Counted from the first letter of the stretch, positions 25,263 to 40,090 are shown. The stretch: 51,921 nt of DNA from Girardia tigrina (GCA_001938485.1 MQRK01207495.1:1-51921); one strand, 5' to 3'. A program made the numbers and translations. The notes: generated from the sequence alone by a model not told the origin.

Positions 25263-25914
25263 GATTTAATCTTTATTAATTTGAATTTATAATAATTTAT
25301 TAATTAGAAACTTATTAAATATAATTTTATTCAAACAAAGCACAAAAATTATTTTTAAAAAACCGAAGTAAAGCCCTTAAATAGGATCAAAACAACTTCG
25401 TCCACATCCAATCTGCAATTGTTTACTCCAGTTGAGAATATCCTCTCAAAGATAAAATGGGAAATGGAAACAATTACCGCGACAAATTTAGCGTAAATCT
25501 CTTTACAATCACTAATTAAATCCAAATAAATTTGTTAATAATAATAATCTCTTAATAAAAATTCCAATTCATCGAGAAAAAAGAATTTGAATAAATTTCT
25601 CTTCATTTCCTCTCTTTCTTTTTCGCTACAACTCGACCAACGTGAATATTTTCCAATAAATTTCAATAGAAATTAGGAATTAATTTATTATTATTTAGTT
25701 AAATAACTTCTCTTGGTACATAATCTTTTCGATATATATCGGTAAAGACAGTTTGTACTGAGCCCATTGAAAATGTAATTTACTGCCTTGATTATCACTG
25801 ATCAATTCTTTGTCAATAATTCTCAATTTGATTTGATTATCGATTGATCAAATTTCATCAATTAGTCATAATTATCATTCAAGACGCTCTTTAAAACACA
25901 ATATTCGTCTTTAT

Positions 25915-26082
25915 TTAAATCGTGATAGCCCAACTCCCACATGAACTAGTGAACTCTAATTCCTCGGCAAACGAAAACGAGTTGCTTTCGCAATACAAAT
26001 CTTTGAGTTTCTCTATTAAATCTTTGGCGATTTCCGCCTCTTTCGGCAGAACAAATACGACAATCGATTTTTGATCGATCAT
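25915..26082 (-). CDS. Candidate 55-aa small ORF
   Basis: MIDQKSIVVFVLPKEAEIAKDLIEKLKDLYCESNSFSFAEELEFTSSCGSWAITI*. Protein-like composition within a locally less AT-rich island; no family recognised. Confidence 0.3.
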   Translation of the reverse strand: MIDQKSIVVFVLPKEAEIAKDLIEKLKDLYCESNSFSFAEELEFTSSCGSWAITI

Positions 26083-27630
26083 AAGTTACACAAATCAATT
26101 AACGACATTTTCCACTGATAAAAAACTTTTGAATTCAAACAAACGTTTCAAAAAATTTATTCCAATCAAAACAATTTTCACAATTCAAAAATGTCTGTTC
26201 TTTTCACGAAATATTTAAACAAGCAGCATTTTTTCATAATTATTTCCAAATTATTACAATATGTAATTAAAAGTGATTTTTAGATAAAATAACAAATTAA
26301 CAGTCTAAATAAATTGGACACTATAACAAGTCAATAAATGAAATTTCTAGAGATAATTAAAAAATTTTACACACTGATAAAAAATTGTAAATAACGATTT
26401 TGAGAAAAGAGATAGAGAGAGAAATGAATTTATATAAATAAAGATTATTATATATAATAATAATAACCATAATATTTAAATATTAATCTGAATTCCAATT
26501 CCGAACATAACCCTTGGTTTTATACTATTTAAGTAATAAACATTTTGATTACTGAGGTCTGAAAATGTTTGATTAACTTCTTTTTTTCTCTTCTTCTTAT
26601 CTGAACTAGCTATAAATTTATATCTATAAAAAAGAATCTTTCGGGTATGAAATCTTTTAAGAGAAAATCTTATATTGCTTCTAACCGGTTGATGTTTCCT
26701 AACTCTAATCCTACCCGTAACCATAAGCTTAACCATAAACCTAATGGAGTACAATGGTTGAAACTGATAAAGGATTTTATTTCCATTTTATATCACAGAA
26801 TGGTTCATTAAATCGGCAAAGAAAATTGTAACTTCCTCTTGCTTATACACTGAAAAAGGCCTACACTAAAATTTCATTCGATAAAACAACAAAATATAAA
26901 TTTCTGGAAAAAAATAATGAAAGAAAAATATATGATGAATGATCAATTTGAATTTGAATTTATTGTAGAATTGTTAAGATGTGCTGACCCTAGTAATGGG
27001 TCAAGGGGGGGGAGGATGTTCTAAATAACTATTCTCGCCTTTTTTATTTGACGTTTTATTTATGTACTTTGACTGACAACTATCGAAAATATTGAATTGT
27101 TTGTTTAAAATTGAATTTGTGAAAAATTCTGACGTAATAGAAATATTCCACGTACATATTTGAAATCAGCGTGTTCGAATTATGTTAGAACAATTAAAAT
27201 ATTTGAGACACGTAAAATATTTTTATTTATTATTTATTATTATTTTTATTATTTTGTTGCTTGAAATATATGATATTTGTCATATCGAGGAATGAAAAAA
27301 ACTAATTGTGTCGTTTATATCAAAATTTTTAATCCAAAACTATTATCAAAGGAATTGATTAATTCTTGAGTCGGCGAATCTTTGAAAAAATTGAAAACGG
27401 AAACCATAGAAAACTAAATAACATCAGGATTCAGTTTGAACCTTGACGATTAGCATATAGCGAAGTATGATGTGTATGGTAGAAAGTATTGCAAGGCTCT
27501 GGTTGCTTCAAACCAGAGTGAAAAATTCTCTATTTACGGAAAAGATGCAGATGATTAGGATGTAGAGTTGTAGAGTATTTTTATGATAATGATTATTTAA
27601 CATTCTCAATGGTAATTATGTTTTAATTTT

Positions 27631-27906
<276 letters not shown>

Positions 27907-29701
27907 CTACGACATTATGTCGTTAATGAAAAATTATTATTGATATTTTAAATTATAGATTTGCTAATGAGAATTGAAAACACTAAATAGTATCACCAAA
28001 TTAAAAAACTATTTAAATAGTATCAGTGACAATATTTGACGATATTCGTCATTTGATTTTTCTATATATATATATATATATAATATAATATAATTATTAA
28101 TAAAATAGTCTTTTTGCTAAAAAATATTATCAAAAGTAAAAACCAATATAATATTCTCAATTGTTTAAAACAAACTAATTTTGTTTAAAACAATTTTTAT
28201 TCCAAAAATCAGTTAAAACAACTACCAAATAGTTATTCAGAAAATAAATGTAAACATTTCTGTGACATGAGTAAACAAATCAATACTAAAAAAGAAATTT
28301 TTAAATTTTTAATGAGTTTTGTAAATAAAATAATAATATAAAAATAAAATGGTTAAAATTATTAAAGAAAACGAATTAAATTAAGAAGAAAAAATATTTA
28401 AATAATTCAATAAAAATATAATTTATTTTTAAATTTTTAAAAAATATTTTATAATTATAATTATTTGGTGATTTTATCAAGAAACTGGAAATCAACATAG
28501 TTTTGCAATTTAATTTATGCTCTAAAATTGATAGACATAAATACTTTTACATATGTTTAAAATAGAAAGTTTTTATGTTTGCTGTATGTTTTGATACCGT
28601 AAATTTCTATGTGAAAAAAATGTATCTCAAAGATTCTCCTCGTCAAGAGGAAGATTCAGAACTACTTTCCTTCAATATAAAATAATGCACCACCGAAGAA
28701 AATGCCAATTTCTCCATCTTGTTGTACTATTTTCAATCTATTGAAAAAAAATAATTTTTTAAATTTTGGATGCAACAGAATATAATAAAAGATTATTCTG
28801 GAAGAAGTTATGGCCAATTTAACTTTCTTACCTCGAAATATCATATTCAGCCTTCAAAACAATGCGATTACAATGTAATCAAAATGAAAAAAATCTGTTA
28901 AAATTTTTTAAAGAAACTTTTCGAGAGTATCTGGAATAAAAAATTACTTATCTAAATATCGAAATTGCTTTTAATAATTACAAAAACTTTTTTTTCCGAA
29001 ATTAAAAAAATAACAAATTATTTAAAAAATCAAAAAAAATATCGACTTTTTAAAATTATAATTATAATTGATCCGGATTTTCCGGCCCATAGTTTATTTT
29101 TTGCTATCAATAATTGTGACCCTGGTGTGGGCCATTTTACGTTCCCAGTTAATAAAAAAAATAAATAATAAATAAAAGAAATAATTTAATAATAATCTGC
29201 TTTAATTACTAAATATTAATTTACCTTATACTTGTAAATTCTGCAAATATGTTGTCAAACATCCATTTTTTTATTACTTTTGAATGTATTTTCTTTGTAG
29301 GTATCTTGAGTTTTTTTAATTTCTCAAGAATTATTCTTGTAGATTTACAAAACATTTTCTTGAGAAAAATATTTCCTGGTCTCACGATTATTTTTTACTT
29401 TATTCTTGAGAGGCTTACGATTATTTTTCTAATATTATACCAAACTGAGATAAAATGGCGGATTAATATTCTAATTATTATTATCTAAAACTAATTTAAC
29501 AGAATAAGCGTCAAGGCAAAATTTTTAATATAAAATAATATACTTGCAAAGTTTAATATATTTTTTAAACTTAATGCAATTTGTACAATCTGTAGGACCA
29601 AAGCGGCAACATAACAACATTAAATGCATAGAAAGAGCGGTCACCATAGAAAAATCGTTTCGTTACATGTAAACTTTCCGGTACGCATAATGACCACCAT
29701 G

Positions 29702-30413
29702 CAGTGGCGGATTTAGCTATAAGACTGGGGGGCATTCCACCCCCCACGCCCCTGTTGGATTCTAAATGGCGCCCCCAAGATGACTTTTATAAATGTGTAG
29801 TTTTGTGTACAAGAATTATCTGCATTATGATTAAGTTTCATCCTTAACACTGACACAAGGTCTGTGATGCAGAAGAACTAAATGGATTGGTTTGGCATGC
29901 ATTATTAACGTGTATACTGCAACATATTGCTGCTGATGCTTTGCTATTTGTAATATTACCATGTCGTGTTGTTAGACATAGATGATGTAGTAGGCTAGCA
30001 GGCATAATATTTTTGGGCAGTGGAGAATACTACTGAGACTTAAGATTTCACTTTACACTTGCTGATTGTACAAGTTTTGTCTGTCTATAAAGTTCAACGG
30101 GGGTTAATACACTCCAGTTACCACACTTCACTACAGCCATTTATTAATATTAAATATATCCGGCCGGAGTAAACCAAAATGTTATTAAAAGTCGGTAATA
30201 ATGACGGGTCAACAAAACTTCATTATTTTTAATAGTTATTTATTTTTTGGTGATGTCTACCGCTGGAAGAAGATAGCGGGAAGCTTACAAATCGTGTATA
30301 TTATAGTATTTAATCAATATTAAAATTAGTAGGGCTAGTACTACCTTTATCCTTTTTGGCGCCCCCTGAAAGTTTTCTCACCCCCCACGCACCAAAATCT
30401 AAATCTGCCACTG
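29702..30413. mobile_element. Non-autonomous hAT-type element (MITE-like)
   Basis: TIR cagtggcggatttag / ctaaatctgccactg; 8-bp TSD ccaccatg / tcaccatg; subterminal ggcgccccc and cacccccc-acgc repeats. Confidence 0.85.
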
Positions 30414-32336
30414 TCACCATGGCGTGCAACATGTTAATTTTATTTTAAATTTAGAAATCATTGTAAAATTTTAAATAGTTTGAATTATTTAATTAATTTT
30501 TTTAAAAATTGTTAAAAATAATAATTTTAAAAATAATTAAAAGTCCTTTTAAATTTAACCAATGGAATTTGAGGGAGATATATTTTTTAAATATTCAAGT
30601 ACCAAATTCTGATTCAGGTAATTTAAAATTAGAAATATTAATCAACTCGAATGAATCAAACTTGCGTAAGTTTTGTTAATAATTGTCCTGAGAACATTTC
30701 AACTAGTAATAAGATAAAAATAGCGGATTTCAGGCTGTTTATTTGCCTCCCATTTTATTTTGGTTTTTACCTAATGAAATAATTATTTTCAATAGGGTTT
30801 AAAATATTATTGAGATTTAAAAAAAATTATTAATTATTTAATATAAAAAATATTATTTATTTTAAAATTATTTTTTCCAAATTTTAATAAATAATCAGAT
30901 TGTAAATTTATTTTTAAAGTATATACAAGACTTATGAGTTTCAATGCCAAAAATTTCGTTCTTCAAATGGGAAATTCAGGCTCTTAAATTTTTACGTTTT
31001 TTAGTCGTACTAAATTTGTACATAGGTCTGATATTTTTAATGAGTATTATATTTTTTTTTAAAAAAAATAGAAATTTGATTTTTTTATATTTAAATTTGC
31101 TATTATTCTTTTTTCATATTAATATTTTTTTTAATATTGACAAATATCAAAAATATATAAATACTGAATCAAAATATTTTTAATTGTGTAAATATTCATT
31201 TTTGTAATTATTAAAATATATATATTTATTATTAAATTTAATTAATTACTTTACAATCATAAAATCTTTAATTAATTAATTAAAAACTATTTGATAATTA
31301 AAACAAATTTGATTATTGCAAAACTCAACGGAAAAACGATTTTTGCTAATTTATCAAAATTTAATTACCAATTTTTCCATAAAAATTAAAATAAAATCAA
31401 TTAATTTAATTAATTATTCTTAGTTGGTGACAAATGGAAATAAATTATAATAAATTTTAATTATTGAGTTCTTGAGCGATCAGTGACTGGATCAAAAAAA
31501 ATTGAAGTGAGTATTAATTAATCAAATCAATTTTTTATAAAAATCAAAAAAGATGTCACGAAATTCTCTGAGAATCTCAAATTTTATATTTTCCCCCGGC
31601 AGAGAAGCAATTGTCAGAAATATCGTGTTTTCGAAGGGAAAGAAGACGAGAAAAAACTTTACAATCTTTCTGATAAGAAAAAAAATAGAATATTTTTTTA
31701 TTTTTTTTCAAAAAAAATTAACATTAACGATTTAACGTATTTTATATAAAACATGACTGTTTTGATTCTACGTAAATTATGGATTTTTTATTGATTATTT
31801 TTTATTTTTTGTAAATTTCAGAGAAAAAAAATTTAATTTTTTTTGTAATAAAAAATTTAGATGAATTTAATTTTTTATTATTTTACTAAAAATATATTGA
31901 TGAAATAAAATGTGTTATTGGTAGAAATTAGAGAAGCATTTTTGTTCTTTAAATTTTTAAATATTAATTATTTTTTATAATTTCGAAATTTAATTATAAT
32001 TAAATTTCTTTCATATAAAATTATATTTCTATTTGAGTAATGATGATTTATTTCTAATAGTTATTAATATTAATTTTCATCAACTTTGTATATTTTGATA
32101 TTAATAAATTCAGAAATTATAACATTTTAAAGGTAAATAAATAAATAATAATAAATGAATAGTAATAAAGATATGTACTAATAAAATATACATGTTATAA
32201 CATAGTTTTACCAGATTTACCGGTAATTATTTAGGACTCTCAGGAAGCCTTGAGACTGTATCTATTTAAAACTTCCAAAAATAAGTATTTTTAAATGACA
32301 GAAACTTTTAATTAAACATAGTCAACAGCTATAATT

Positions 32337-33620
32337 TTAGGGTGAACCAAAAGTCTTTTCGTATTTTTTATTAACAATTTAAACATAATTTAACAACAAA
32401 TAAAAAACATTTAAGTTTCAAAGTAAAGGCCATTTGAATCTATTGCTTGAACCCATCTATGGGCAAGTTGTGTGATCCCGCTGTGGTACCAATCCTTGTT
32501 CTTAGTTTGCGAAGAACTGGTGACACCCGTTTTGACCTCGGCCAGATTATTGAAGCTGCGACCATGAAGAAAGTGTGCCATAGAGCGGAAAAGGTGATAG
32601 TCGGATGGCGCAAGATCCGGACTATACGCTGGGTGTGGAAGAAGTTCAAAGGCGTCCAGATTTTTGATTTTTTCCTTTGTTTGTTTGGCGGTGTGCGGTT
32701 TTGCATTGTCCTGTTATAGAAGAACTCGCTTTCGATTGATCAAAGCGAGGTATTTCTCGCCAAGTGCCGCATACATTCGATCAAGTTGGGCGCAGTAAAG
32801 GTCAGCGCCGATAGTACGACCATTTGGAACCAGCTCGAAGTGAATCACGCCTTCGAAATTCTACCAAACACACAAAAGTGCCTTCCTTGAGAAACGATCT
32901 CGTTTCGCTACCGGTTTCGCCATTTTTCCGGGATCCAACATTGATTTTGTTGGTCTGGATTACTCAAGTAAACCCACCTTTCATCGCAAATTACAATTGG
33001 ATGGATGAAACGGTCATCGCGCGGATTTTTAAGCAATTTTTGACAAGTTTCGAAACGATTTTCGGCTTGAATTTGTGTCAATTTATGAGGCACTTCTCGA
33101 CATCGTTTATTGACCTTTCCAAGAGCGTGAAGGTGTCGTATAATGAATATTTGAGGAATATCGAGTTCGGCCGACAATCTGCGAGTACTTATTGACGGAT
33201 TTGTCTCGACGGCTTCACGAATTACTCCGGAATCTACGGTGATAGGTCGGCCTGAACGTGATTTGTCTCCAAGGTCAATGTCGCCTTCATTGAACCTTTT
33301 GAACCAATTTGTGTAGTACGATTTGAGAAACATTATCGTCTTCAACTTGGCATATCTTCTTTGTTGCTGCAGTTGCGTTTAAGCCCTGTTTCCAGTAATG
33401 GCGTAAAAGAACACGAATTCCAAAATTTTCCATGATTTTTTTAAAAGACCATATAAATTATATTAACGACTAATTAGAAGTTTTAATATATATTGTGATA
33501 GAGTAGTTTAAGAGCTTTAAAAACATATAACACATGTATATAAAATATCTTTATTTGGTAATAAGAAGCAATTGAACAAAAAGACGTAGAAAATACGAAA
33601 AGACTTTTGGTTCACCCTAA
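32337..33620 (-). mobile_element. Full-length mariner with perfect 30-bp TIRs; transposase pseudogene 32411-33433
   Basis: TIR ttagggtgaaccaaaagtcttttcgtattt and its reverse complement at 33591-33620. RSGRP, VPHKL, CDERW, NGLYFET* motifs; frameshifted. Confidence 0.95.
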
Positions 33621-33884
33621 TAATAACTGATTGAAATGAGTAATAATTTTTTCAGTTTAAATATGCTCTTCAATATCCGTGACACAGCAGCTGCAACAAA
33701 ATCCTAAAATTGCGTGAATAAATAAAGCATTAGAGTTTTTGATTAGTGAGTGTTTGTTTTGGAACTTTAGGGTAGTATTAATAGAGGTTGTTTAGAAAAC
33801 AAATTGCGATTTGAAACAATCGCACTAAATTTATATTCAACAAGTAAACTAATTTACAATAAAGCTCGACAATTATACAGTGCA

Positions 33885-33929
<45 letters not shown>

Positions 33930-34269
33930 TATGCAAGGAATTAAAACTGGCACAAATAATTACCTCCAACATCAATAACGGTTTGGAGTTTCTCCCTAAA
34001 GTTCTGGAATTCCTTGTTCAACATTGATCACATTTGTTCTTACAAAACTCCGTATGTATAGCTTATTAGTATCCGTTAACCTCATGTTACTCTTCCCCTA
34101 TATGGCTATAAAGAAATTAATATTCTCCGTTGTTACATTCGAATTTGCGCCATCTGATAATTTAAAAAGCAAATATTTAAAAATTATTTATAAAATAGAA
34201 CAAATATTTTTTATTTTAAATTCACGTAACTAAAAATCATTTGTGTAAAGATGAATACTTATATGATAT

Positions 34270-35800
34270 CAGGGGCGTAGCCAGGAGAAATGAATAGAGG
34301 GAGGTGCATTTTGTCATCATTTAATAAAACGTTAATCTTTTTAAAAAGTGCTCTAATACAATACTCATTAAGAATGATTGAAACAAAATTTAAAATTCGA
34401 TTTATTCAGTCTTAAAAACAACATATCACAAAATATGATCAGTATAACTATAATTTCCGGTTTTGTTTGAGTTTAAATCATTAGATGAAATTTTTCTATA
34501 TTGATACATTTGGCTCGATTTGATTCAAAAGCTAGATATACCAAATCGAACTGGTGAGCGTGTATCATCGACTGTCTTTAAGGCCTGTTGACGAGAGTTA
34601 ACACAGATAAAGTTGGTTCACGTATAGCCGTGCTGTATCCAACGGCTGCAAATGCTGGCTAGCATTTTGTATGTTTCTTCAAGCACTACTTACTGTTCAT
34701 ATATTGTCGGACTGGATAAATATTAAACAATAGATACACATTGTATCATACGATACCAATAGAAGCATTTAAAACGAAATTTCACCTGTAAAGCATCTAA
34801 ATGATCTTTTTTTCCAAATAGCTCTTAACCACTTCGAGTTCTTCCTTTGAGGGGTGATTATTCCAAGTAAAACGAAAGGTTTTAATTTGAAAGTCCAGGT
34901 CATTTATTGATTATATCACCATCAGTAGTTCATTATTATTATGAAATCTTCGTTTAATATCACTGCAATGTATATCATTTCATAATATGCTGCTTGCAAT
35001 GACGCACTGGTGTTTCCACATCACTGCCCTGTGATTGGATAATGATGCAATTTCTTAAACGTTTCGTTTCAGTTCGTTGACGCTTTGCTTAAACACTGAA
35101 TTGCTCTTCATTTTCTGACAACAGCAACTGAGATTCTTATAATATCATTTGAAAATTTTCTGTTGATCTGAGGTTCAATATTTCCGTAAAGGTAGAGTTT
35201 ATGATTTCCATGGCATCGGTAAGACCAGTCTTTCGACGTTGGAGAATTTTGTCTGCGGGTTCAACTAATTCCAATATCCATTTCATCATGATTAAAACAA
35301 AATGGAAATCGATATCACTCAAAACCTTGATCAATCCCACAGTGAGAGCCACGTCATTTCTACCGATAGTCTTTGACAGCATTTGTTTTATTGTATAGAA
35401 AAATTTCAGCATAATTGCTAAGCATGATACTGGTAATGTTCAAGTGTACTTGCCATTGATGCTCCAATAACCGCGGAACTTTATCATCTTCATAAAGTTT
35501 TGTAATTCTAGGATTCATGCAGCATTGCTCATTGGTCAAAATGCTGCTTCAAAATATATGTCCTTTCGATGTATAAGTTCAAACAGATTTCTAAACGGAG
35601 AACGTTCTTCATTTTCATAAATATAGTAGCGTCCTCGTAATGTCAGTTCATCTGTAACATGAAATTGAATTATATCACAAATGGATTGTAAATAGTATAT
35701 GTTATCCCCAAGAACTTTGACATTCAACAGAGTTGTCTCTGAAAGTCATCTTTGTTTGTGCCATAACATCATAGATCGTCAATGAACTTCACTGGAATAA
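34270..35800 (-). mobile_element. Degenerate hAT (ZMYM1-like) transposon
   Basis: Terminus caggggcgtagccagg at 34270. Fragments GLIKVLSDIDFHFVL..ILELVEPADKILQ..LNLRS and QFHVTDELTLRG..FRNLFEL. Second TIR not found. Confidence 0.7.
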
Positions 35801-36986
35801 CGTAATGATTTTTATATTAACTTTTTTCTACTAAAATAATACAACAATTTAAAATTTAAAATTAAATTAAATCTCTTGGTGTAGTTTTAATAATCAAAAC
35901 TAAACGCGTGTATTTTTTAAATTTTAGAAAACATTTTGTGTGGAATATTTTCGTTTTTAATTAATGGAATCATCTTTAATTTGTATACACGTTTACATAT
36001 AATATTAGAATGCAATTTGTAGAAAACAGAATTTTAATATGTATAGGATACTCTGAAAATAAAGTCGAAAATTTTTTTCCGAACACCCTTTACTAAAGTT
36101 ACCTTCTATCATCAACTATTAGAGTGTCACAGCTTTCAGATGTTTATCCTTAAGGCCTACAAGAAATATGTCTAAAGACCTTTTGGATATTCAAAGTAAT
36201 CTTTTAAACTGATTTAAAACTTGAGGGTGGTGAAATATTAACCGGGTTACCCTTATTTGAATTCTCTTGGATATAGATAGAAGTGTTTTAGCCCTCAGAT
36301 TTTTCCCCATTTCTTTCGAATTTAAGTTTATTAATCTCAGAAATTAAATTTTTATTTTCAAAATCTTTTCGTAGATATGCAAAATTATTTATAGATTTCT
36401 AAATATGAAATACTGCAAAAAATCATTGAATGAAAATACAAATATATTTTTAAAAATATTAATTTTGTTATTATTATATAATAAAATATATTAAATAATA
36501 AAATATATAAAAGATATTAAGAAAAAAGTTATCTAAGAAATTTATTTTTCTCATTTAATTTGTGTATTTTCTTAATTGATCTTAACATATTTTGTCTATT
36601 TTTAATGAGCTTCATTGAATTATTAAGAGCAACTTAAAAAATTATTTTCTTTAACAAAAATATTTTATTTATTTTAAAACTTAAATATAAAAATATTTTA
36701 AATGACAAAATCATAAAATTTTGGTGATTTAAAATATTTTTAGTCAATATATTTCTGTATTTTATCTATTTTCTGTTGTTTAAAATTGTTTTATTAACAA
36801 GATAATTTTTAGAATTTTATGAAGATAATTATAAAATTATTATTTCTGTTATAAATAAAAATAATTAATAAATAAAAGGCCAAAAAATAATTGGTATACC
36901 AAATTTAAAAAACAAAATCAAAATGAAATAAAATAAAATTTATTATTAAATAATTTTAGTAATAAATTAATTATTAAATATCACAT

Positions 36987-37170
36987 AATTTTTACTATCG
37001 ATAGATTTTAAAATAGACGATTTAAATTTTTTTAAAATCAATCGATAGTAAAAATTTGAATTTAAAAATCATTTTAAATCTTACAAAATTCAAAGTATAT
37101 TCAGCAATAAATCTCGTACTCCTTTGAGTTTATGTTCCAATCTGGTTTATCAATTTTCGTGTAATGGGTG
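36987..37170 (+). mobile_element. Short PLE GIY-YIG fragment with 5' fold-back hairpin
   Basis: KIQSIFSNKSRTPLSLCSNLVYQFSCNG* is homologous to KIESMFGNKSPPPLRLCSDLIYQYTCNG of the 15 kb PLE. 27-bp inverted repeat at 36987-37013 / 37030-37056. Confidence 0.75.
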
Positions 37171-38860
37171 AATGAGAATGACATTTTTTGTTTACTTCTA
37201 TATTAACATAAAATTTTTAGCCAAACTATCACATACTATGAAAAGAATGCGATAATTAAGAAGAATTGTTTCTACATCAACGAGAATATTTTGAATATAT
37301 TTGGTATTGATTTTATGCAAAAGAAGCATAGAGAAACGATAAATCGTCCTTTTTATTCCTCAAAGGTTTATAAATGTTAAAAGAAAATTTGAAATAGAGA
37401 TCCCGAGAAACTGACGAAACAATTTGCAAAGAATCTACCAAAACAAAATGTAAATTCAATAAAATTACACAAATCGCCTCTTTCATTTACATTTCGTTAA
37501 GTTTAAAAACATATTTTATAAATCAAAGTTCGAAACAACGATGAGTTTTATTTACCACATACATTTCATCACAACTGCTCATTATTTTTCAAACTCAGCA
37601 ACGCTAAAATAATACAGTTTAATACGTTTAAGAGCAAAAGCTTTTAGAAGAATATTACACAATAATATTAATGAAAATAAAGACCATTTATTGTTAAATT
37701 TATTCTTAAAACAGTCGCGTTTCACCATTATAGCATATTCAGTGTAATAAAAAAGGGATTGATTGTTGTTTATATGGTAAGAAAAGTATTACATTATACG
37801 TTTCAAAAAATTAAAAAAAAATTTGATACATTTTAAAAACAACTATTTCAATAAAAATATTTTAATATTATTTAAAAAGCTGTAATATGATTGGATAAAT
37901 CACCTGGTTCAACTCTTCTTTTTTTATAACAAACCAGGCCAACCAGACAATTGCGACACGAATTTCAGTCGATCTATAAATAAAAACCGAAAATATTAAA
38001 AAAAATTGATTTCCTGAAAAAACTTTTGGCAAATGGAAAAAAAATATCTTAAAATTTTGTTTTACTGAATTTTTTTGCAAATTGAAAAAAAATTTGTTTG
38101 AGTCACCATCAAAAAAATTGAAATCACACTTCATTGCTACTAGCAACTGATTGACGACATCGTGACATCTATTGCATTTTTTTAAAGATGATAATTCAAA
38201 TGATATTTCTTTTATCTTTATTTGTAGTTTTGTTATGTATTTATTTCTGTTTAGTTTTTTATTTATTTGAATTTTTTGATGTTGTTTATGTATTTGTAGT
38301 TATTTTTTTAATTTTTAAATGAAATAAAATAAATTGAAGTTTAATTAATTAAACATCTAAATTTTTTAATGGGTAGATCTCGAGGTAGTTTTATCTAAAA
38401 AAGTCGATCTTCAGTACAAAAGGTTGAGCATACATGGTTCATTACAACTATTTATTTAAATAACACTTTACAGAAATTGTCAAAAATATTTGAAAAAATT
38501 TAACTTATTAGTCGCCTGACTAGTTTTAGGGTATCCTGCAAAACCTTTGCATTTACTTAGAATGAATTGTACAATTTAAAATATGTATTTTCTCTCACTT
38601 CTTTTGGCTTTTTTTTACCTCCCTGAGTTATCAAATTAAGTCATACTTCTTCGTGTGTAAGTCTAGCTCTGTCACGATTGTTATCGCACAATATTATTTG
38701 AGTGGGTCGATTCGAGACTAAGTCTATCCGAAAATAATACCATACATTTTTTATCACTAATAAAATCAATTGAAAATAGCTAAAATTAGGCAAAATCTTT
38801 GAATTTTTGAACTCTATTTATACTTTTATTCTTAATTTAATTTTGCTTTATTAATAATTT

Positions 38861-39292
38861 ATTCGAAAGCCAATTGAAAATATTTATTAATTTCGACGGT
38901 TTAACCGTCATCGTCAGAACAAATGATTTTTCAAACGAAATTTACTTATATAGTGCAGTTAGTGATAATGCAATCAATACGTAATCAGTACATCATTTAA
39001 AAACTCTCAACAAAGTTGTAGAGAATGCAGTTTGAACGTTAATTTTAGGATCCAAAGATCTAATATATAACGCTTCACATGTCACTCTCTCCCAATAATT
39101 TTTAAATTGAGTGCACAGAATTTTAAAGTGTTGTGAAGTTATATCTCCTTTACAATGTCTTCTATGTCCTGCAATGTTACTTCCACCTTCATTGAGACTG
39201 TGTTCCTGGATTCTCTTACAATTAATAAATATTTTCAATTGGCTTTCGAATTTTGATTTTAATCATTTGCCAATTTTATTTCAATTTATTCA
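38861..39292 (-). mobile_element. 5'-truncated copy of PLE family B with short inverted 3' segment (39220-39292)
   Basis: Near-identical to ~15280-15640; IQEH...EALYIRSLDPKINVQ. The inverted segment matches 17096-17168. Confidence 0.93.
38874..38934 (-). ncRNA. Minimal hammerhead ribozyme (PLE family B)
   Basis: Reverse complement of the 17054-17114 motif, with palindromic stem III AUUAAU. Confidence 0.82.
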
Positions 39293-39695
39293 TAATAATT
39301 TATTATTCTTTGTTTGCTCAAAATCATAAACTAAAGTATTTTCTTCTTTTATATGTGTATTTCTATTATATTATTTTCTCTTTATTTATATAAAAATTTA
39401 TAATTTTAGTTTAATTAGGATAAATTTTTCTAGTGTTTTTTAATATATTTTTATTTGATTATAATAATTATACAATTAAATTATATCATAAGCAAGGTTT
39501 ATGATGCTTTTTAACAATGCAATAATCTTTTCATTATTCTTTTGACACAAAAAGATATTTTTGTTACATCACCAAAAACTTAAAGAATATTTCCACATTG
39601 CCCTCCTGACATGACGATTTATTCAAAATATATCAACTTCAACTAATTAAATGACTAAAAATGAATTTTGTTTAAAACTAAAATTTTTAAAATTA

Positions 39696-39943
39696 TTGGG
39701 TTGAGAAATAATTTCCCGCCGTTTTTTGAAAAATTAAAATTTTTTAACAAAAAAAGTTACTACAAATTAATCACAAATATAATCTCCGCCATTGTTCACG
39801 ACTTCTTCCCAACGTTCAACGAGTTTTTCAATGCCTCTTTGGTAGAAATCGCCCGGTCTTTTTTAATTTGATTTAAATATAAAATTGATTAAAAATTGAT
39901 TAAAAATTCAAAAAACGGCGGGAACTTATTCATAAACCTATAA
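39696..39943 (-). mobile_element. mariner-derived MITE (~245 bp)
   Basis: TIRs ttgggttgagaaataatttcccgccgttttttgaa / ttcaaaaaacggcgggaacttattcataaacctataa; interior encodes the mariner C-terminus DFYQRGIEKLVERWEEVVNNGGDY. Confidence 0.88.
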
Positions 39944-40009
39944 TATAATAAAAGATTTTGTTAAGTCACAAAAATAATCAATAAATAAAATTTTAGAAAA
40001 AAATATAGT

Positions 40010-40090
40010 TGACTGCTGGATGAGAACACAGATATTTCAATACTCAACTGCTTTACAGTCGCTCTACACCGTCACCGGTCGACTGCTCAA
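40010..40090 (-). mobile_element. Possible degenerate tRNA-derived SINE head
   Basis: A-box-like ggtgtagagcg and B-box-like gttctcatcc about 45 nt apart; no intact cloverleaf. Confidence 0.25.

Noticed and set aside
26698-26745. Degenerate CCTAAC telomere-like repeats
   Set aside because: Short and highly degenerate; such tracts are common inside repeats.
28620-28870. Possible host exon (LKIVQQDGEIGIFFGGALFYIEGK)
   Set aside because: No recognisable homology and no consistent partner exons.
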